From Clostridia bacterium (GTDB lineage: Bacteria > Bacillota > Clostridia > Christensenellales > CAG-1252), in contig JAFSZO010000072.1 in NCBI GenBank assembly GCA_017455605.1, positions 1-42,642 of the forward strand: 42,642 nucleotides of DNA, read 5' to 3'. A program made the position numbers and the translations under genes. Shown here piece by piece: positions 38,141 through 42,642 of this stretch. Position 1 is the stretch's first letter, and each line of letters starts with the position of its first letter. A model generated the notes under the pieces. That model had not been told where the DNA came from. It was given only the letters and a program-made list of their open reading frames with translations, and made no database searches.

Positions 38141-38796
38141 AGGTCTATTCTCTGATCGGCGCGCAGCCGCTCTGCGAGCGCACGTATATCGTCACGAAAG
38201 AGAGCAGGGCGCTTATCGTCGATCCCGGCGTATCCGCCGAGACCGTCTCTGCCGCTTGCGCTTCTCTCGGCGTCTTGCCGATCGCCGTCCTGCTCACGCA
38301 CGGACACGCGGATCATATTCTCGGTGCGGCAGCCTTGCAACGTTCGGGTATTCCCGTATATGCCCACGAGGAGGAGTTCGATCTGATCTCGTCCCGTAAA
38401 AACCTTGCACTTGCGGTCGGCTTGTCCGTCGAATCCTTTACCCCGAACGTCGCTCTGCACGACGAAGATACCCCGGATCTGCCTCCCTTTGACGTGCGCG
38501 TTCTGCATACTCCGGGACATACGGCAGGTGGCGTCTCCTATTTGATCGACGGCGCGTTGTTTTCGGGTGATACTCTTTTTGAGGGCTCGTACGGTCGCAC
38601 GGATTTCCCGACGGGAGACGAACAGGACCTTTTGTGTTCTATCGCGAATACCCTTTTCGATCTGCCTAAGGAGACTCCCGTCTATGCAGGACACGGCGCC
38701 GACTTGGAGCGAGAGGGCGACGTTTGCAGTCTCGCTTTGCCCGATACGACGATTGGCAAAGAATATTACACTAATCCAATACTCAACTTGTTATGA
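38137..38796 (+). CDS. MBL-fold metallo-hydrolase (glyoxalase II-like)
   Basis: THGHADH, HTPGHT, FSGDTLF, GRTDFP, YAGHG. Confidence 0.9.
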   Translation: MKVYSLIGAQPLCERTYIVTKESRALIVDPGVSAETVSAACASLGVLPIAVLLTHGHADHILGAAALQRSGIPVYAHEEEFDLISSRKNLALAVGLSVESFTPNVALHDEDTPDLPPFDVRVLHTPGHTAGGVSYLIDGALFSGDTLFEGSYGRTDFPTGDEQDLLCSIANTLFDLPKETPVYAGHGADLEREGDVCSLALPDTTIGKEYYTNPILNLL

Positions 38797-40190
38797 AACT
38801 CCGCGTAGAAACCAATAAGCCGAATATGCAAAACGAACTCGAAGAGGTGATACGAGCCTTTGCGCCGTATGCCGTATTCGATCCCCTCGGCGAGGTGATT
38901 TCTGCGGAAATATCCGAGTTTTCTTCTTCCGCGCGCACTTCGATCCGTTCCTCTCTTGCTCCCGAGATATCGCGGGAATACGAGCTGTCGGACGATCTTA
39001 CCGACCTGATGCGAAAGCGCTTGGTCAAGCGCTATTTGAAGCGCGATCTGTATGATTACCTATGCTTGTTGACCGGCAAGACTCTGTCCTACGGGTCCCT
39101 GACGGGCATTCGTCCGACCAAGCTCTATTACGAACTCGAGAGCGAGGGCGTCTCTCCCGAAGAGCGGCTCTCCGACTTCTTTCGCGTCTCTCCCGGCAAG
39201 GTGCGTTTGCTATCGGACATCGTTCGGACCCAGCGCGGCGTCATCGGCGCGGAGACGGAGAAGGTGGACTGGTTCGTCAACATTCCCTTCTGTCCCACGC
39301 GTTGCGCGTATTGCAGTTTTTTGTCCGAGGTCATCCGACCCAAGAAGAGTAACCTTCCCGCCTATACCGACGCGCTGATCCGTGACATCCTTGCCGTTCC
39401 CTCTGGTCGTCCGCGTCGCGCGATCTACGTCGGAGGCGGCACGCCGACCTCCCTCCCGCCCGACCTCCTCGACCGCATCTTGGCGGCGATCGACGCGCAC
39501 GGCGAAGAGTTTACGGTCGAAGCGGGGCGCCCGGAGACCCTCTCGGAGGAGAAGGTCGCCGTCCTCGCCGCCCGCGGCGTGACTCGCGTTTCGGTCAATC
39601 CCCAGTCCTTCAAGCAGGAGACTCTTGACTTGATCGGCAGGCGGCACACGGTCGAGGATATTTTTCACGCCTACGACCTCGTCCGTCGCGGTGGCGCCTT
39701 CGACGTGAATATGGACTTCATCACGATGCTCCCCGGCGAGACCTTTGAGGACTTCCGTCGCTCGATCGAGATCGCGATCGACCTCTCGCCCGAGAACGTC
39801 ACGGTGCATTCTCTCTCGGTGAAGCGGGGCAGCGTTTTCGCGGAGAGCGGGTACGATAACCACAGCGACACCCTCGCCGAGCGGATGTCTGACTTTGCCC
39901 GTTCCGCGCTTGAGGGGGCAGGCTATCGTCCATACTACATCTATCGGCAGAAGAATACCTCGGGCAGACAGGAGAACGTCGGCTATGCGAAGGAAGGCAA
40001 GGTCTGCCGTTACAACGTCGACATTATGGAGGAAACGCACGACATCTACGCGTCCGGCGCGGGAGCTATCTCCAAGCGTCTCTTCGGCAACGGTCGCATC
40101 GAGCGCCTCGCCGAGGTGAAGGAGATCAAGGGGTATCTCGAGCGCATCGACGAGCTGATCCGAAAGAAAATCGTTTTTTTCAAGGATTAG
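38793..40190 (+). CDS. hemZ: HemZ-type radical SAM protein (HemN-like family)
   Basis: GSLTGIRPTK, IPFCPTRCAYCSF, GGGTPT, EFTVEAGRP, PYYIYRQK. Confidence 0.88.
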   Translation: MKLRVETNKPNMQNELEEVIRAFAPYAVFDPLGEVISAEISEFSSSARTSIRSSLAPEISREYELSDDLTDLMRKRLVKRYLKRDLYDYLCLLTGKTLSYGSLTGIRPTKLYYELESEGVSPEERLSDFFRVSPGKVRLLSDIVRTQRGVIGAETEKVDWFVNIPFCPTRCAYCSFLSEVIRPKKSNLPAYTDALIRDILAVPSGRPRRAIYVGGGTPTSLPPDLLDRILAAIDAHGEEFTVEAGRPETLSEEKVAVLAARGVTRVSVNPQSFKQETLDLIGRRHTVEDIFHAYDLVRRGGAFDVNMDFITMLPGETFEDFRRSIEIAIDLSPENVTVHSLSVKRGSVFAESGYDNHSDTLAERMSDFARSALEGAGYRPYYIYRQKNTSGRQENVGYAKEGKVCRYNVDIMEETHDIYASGAGAISKRLFGNGRIERLAEVKEIKGYLERIDELIRKKIVFFKD

Positions 40191-40232
40191 TGCTTTACTT
40201 CCCTATATTTTGATGTTATTATAGAAAAGGTA

Positions 40233-40279
40233 CCTTGCGCTTGGTCTCGCAAGTCGCTTATGCGACACTACGCACAAGG
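40233..40279 (+). promoter_or_regulatory. Probable structured S15 (rpsO) autoregulatory leader
   Basis: CCTTGCGC/GCACAAGG stem enclosing a GTCGC-TTAT-GCGAC hairpin, between a TTTACT-17-TATTAT promoter (40194-40222) and the RBS. Confidence 0.5.
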
Positions 40280-40310
40280 CGAATAACGATATCCTATGGA
40301 GGTAATGAAA

Positions 40311-40565
40311 ATGGATAAAAGCGAAATCATCAAGAAATTTGCCCGCAGCGAAGGCGACACCGGTTCCCCCGAGGTCCAGATTGCTCTCCTGACCGCCCGC
40401 ATCGAGGCGCTCAACGCGCACCTCTCCGTCCACAAGAAGGACAACCACGGTCGTCGCGGTCTGCTGCAAATGGTCAGCACGAGGAAGAAGCTCCTCAACT
40501 ACCTGAAGAACACCGACATCGAGCGTTACAGAGCTCTCATCGAGGCGCTCGGCTTGAGGAAATAA
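40311..40565 (+). CDS. rpsO: 30S ribosomal protein S15
   Basis: [30 protein letters not shown]; GGAGG 8 nt before ATG 40311. Confidence 0.97.
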   Translation: MDKSEIIKKFARSEGDTGSPEVQIALLTARIEALNAHLSVHKKDNHGRRGLLQMVSTRKKLLNYLKNTDIERYRALIEALGLRK

Positions 40566-40574
40566 TTTCTGCCG

Positions 40575-40602
40575 ATAAGAGCGGGGCGACCTGCTCTTAT
40601 TT
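40575..40602 (+). terminator. Hairpin after rpsO (weak terminator or processing stem)
   Basis: ATAAGAGCGGG-GCGA-CCTGCTCTTAT with only a short T tail. Confidence 0.55.
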
Positions 40603-40700
40603 GCGCTGCGGCGGCAGGGCGTAAGCGAGCTTTCCCGCCGCTCCCCACAACGTATAAAACAGGGCGATTCCAGAGACGGTCTCGTCCGTAGGAGGTAATA

Positions 40701-42642
40701 ATGGAAAGAAAGATTTACAAGACAACGATCGGCGGCAGAGAAGTCTCCGTCGAAGTAGGCGCGTACTGCGAACAGGCGAACGGTTCCTGCTTGGTCCGTT
40801 GCGGCGACACCGCGGTGCTGACCAACGTGACGATGGCGGCGTCTCCGCGCGACGGCATCGATTTCTTCCCCTTGGGCGTTGACTTCGAGGAGAAGATGTA
40901 CGCCGTGGGCAAGATCCCCGGCGGATTTAAAAAGAGAGAAGGCAGACCTTCCGACAAGGCGATCCTCGTCAGCCGTCTGATCGACAGACCGATCCGCCCC
41001 TTGTTCCCGAAGGGACTGTTCAACGACGTGGCGGTCGTTTGCACCGCGATGAGCGTTGACACCGACATCCCGCCCGAGGTCTACGCGATGCTCGGCAGCT
41101 CCATCGCTCTGTCCATTTCGGACATCCCGTGGGGCGGTCCGACCGGCTCCGTCGTCGTCGGCTACGTGGATGGCAAGTACGTCATCAACCCCAAGTCCGC
41201 CGAGAGGGAGAAGAGCAGACTGCACCTCTCTCTGTCCGGTACGAAGGACGCCATCATGATGGTCGAGGCGGGCGCGAGCGAGATCACTGAGGAAGAGATG
41301 CTCGGCGCGATCCTCTTCGGTCACGAAGAGATCAAGAAGATAGTCGCGTTCATCGAGAGCATCGCCGCCGATTGCGGCAAGCCCAAGACCACCAAGGTGG
41401 ATATGTATTCCGTTCCCGCCGAGATCTCTCAGGCGGTCCGCGAGTACGCCTCCTCCAAGATGGACGAGGTGCTGACCCACTTCAACCGCTACGAGCGTCA
41501 GGCGCTCGAGGACGACCTTGACAAGGACGTTCAGGCGCACTTTGCCGAGATCTTCCCGACCTCGAAGAGGGAGATCTTCGACGCGATGTACGCCCTCAAG
41601 AAGGAGAAGGTCCGCGCGAAGATCATCAACGACGGCGTTCGTCCCGACGGCAGATCTCTCAAGGAGATCCGTCCGATCTGGTGCGAGGTCGGCGTGATGC
41701 CCCGCGTCCACGGTACGGGTGTCTTCACCCGTGGCTCCACGCAGGCTCTGACCACCTGTACCCTCGGCACGATCAGCGAGGCGCAGAAGCTCGAGAGCCT
41801 CGACGACGACGTGTTTAAGAGATATATGCACCACTACAATCTGCCCCCGTACTCCACGGGCGAGGCGAAGCAGCTCAAGAGCCCGGGCAGGCGTGAGATC
41901 GGTCACGGCGCTCTTGCCGAGCGTGCTCTCGAGCGGGTGCTCCCCCGCGAGCAGGATTTCCCCTATGCGATCCGCACGGTGTCCGAGATCCTCTCTTCCA
42001 ACGGTTCCACCTCTCAGGCGAGTATCTGCGGTAGCACCCTCGCGCTGATGGATGCCGGTGTGCCCATCAAGGCGCCCGTCGCGGGCATCGCGATGGGCCT
42101 CATCAAGGACGTCCAGAGCGGCAAGGTCGCGGTCATGAGCGACATTCAGGGTCTCGAGGACTTCCTCGGCGATATGGACTTCAAGGTCGCGGGTACCAGC
42201 GAAGGCATCACCGCGATCCAGATGGATATCAAGATCAAGGGCATCGACGAGCAGATCCTCCGCACCGCTCTCGCGCAGGCGAAAGAGGGCAGAGCCTTCA
42301 TCTTGAAGAAGATGCTCGACGTGCTTCCCGCTCCGCGCAAGGAGCTGTCCAAGTACGCTCCCAAGATCATCTCCTTCTCCATCGATCCCGACAAGGTGCG
42401 TGAGGTCATCGGCAGCGGTGGCAAGACCATCAACAAGATCATCGAGGAGACGGGCGTCAAGATCGACATCAGCGACGATAATGTCGTCTTCATCGCTTCT
42501 CCGGACAGCGCGAGCGCGGACAAGGCGAAGAAGATTATCGACGCCATCTGCAAGGATCCCGAGAAGGGTGACGTGTTCGAGGGCAGGGTCGCCCGCATCA
42601 TCCCGATCGGCGCCTTCGTGGAGCTCGCTCCCGGCAAGGACG
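40701..42642 (+). CDS. pnp: Polyribonucleotide nucleotidyltransferase, runs off the window (not in ORF track)
   Basis: AGGAGGT RBS and ATG 40701; DFFPL.VDFEEK, GKIPGGFKKREGRP, RLIDRPIRPLFP, GRREIGHG, SSNGSTS, GDMDFKVAG, KH domain and start of S1. Confidence 0.97.
   Translation, partial: MERKIYKTTIGGREVSVEVGAYCEQANGSCLVRCGDTAVLTNVTMAASPRDGIDFFPLGVDFEEKMYAVGKIPGGFKKREGRPSDKAILVSRLIDRPIRPLFPKGLFNDVAVVCTAMSVDTDIPPEVYAMLGSSIALSISDIPWGGPTGSVVVGYVDGKYVINPKSAEREKSRLHLSLSGTKDAIMMVEAGASEITEEEMLGAILFGHEEIKKIVAFIESIAADCGKPKTTKVDMYSVPAEISQAVREYASSKMDEVLTHFNRYERQALEDDLDKDVQAHFAEIFPTSKREIFDAMYALKKEKVRAKIINDGVRPDGRSLKEIRPIWCEVGVMPRVHGTGVFTRGSTQALTTCTLGTISEAQKLESLDDDVFKRYMHHYNLPPYSTGEAKQLKSPGRREIGHGALAERALERVLPREQDFPYAIRTVSEILSSNGSTSQASICGSTLALMDAGVPIKAPVAGIAMGLIKDVQSGKVAVMSDIQGLEDFLGDMDFKVAGTSEGITAIQMDIKIKGIDEQILRTALAQAKEGRAFILKKMLDVLPAPRKELSKYAPKIISFSIDPDKVREVIGSGGKTINKIIEETGVKIDISDDNVVFIASPDSASADKAKKIIDAICKDPEKGDVFEGRVARIIPIGAFVELAPGKD

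Overview
GC-rich core-chromosome segment of a Clostridia-class (Bacillota) bacterium; taxonomy is inferred from gene order, a T-box, an L20 leader, SCIFF and spoVM. Nearly everything is on the + strand: glyA(3' end)-iscS-pcrA-ligA; yloC-gmk-rpoZ-coaBC-priA-def-fmt-rsmB-rlmN-rpe-thiN-spoVM; rpmB (minus); asp23-DAK2; tRNA-Gly/Cys/Leu; T-box-thrS; L20 leader-infC(ATC start)-rpmI-rplT; trmH-yebC-proA-ruvCAB-queA-tgt-yajC; membrane protein-SCIFF peptide-radical SAM maturase; secDF-recJ-MBL hydrolase-hemZ; rpsO-pnp(partial). No integrase, transposase, cas or defence gene is visible. Three genes are missing from the ORF track (spoVM, scfA, pnp), and infC is truncated there. The features not explained by housekeeping genes are non-coding. 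(1) An array of three ~139-nt multi-hairpin units after tRNA-Gly, each ending in a copy of the tRNA 3' end and carrying an anti-tRNA segment. (2) A dispersed element built from a constant 9-mer (AACTTCACT/AGTGAAGTT) alternating with variable hairpins, found at two loci 23 kb apart. (3) Two tRNAs with C at position 55. (4) A minimal T-box fused directly to tRNA-Leu. All calls come from reading the sequence by eye; no searches or folding programs were run.
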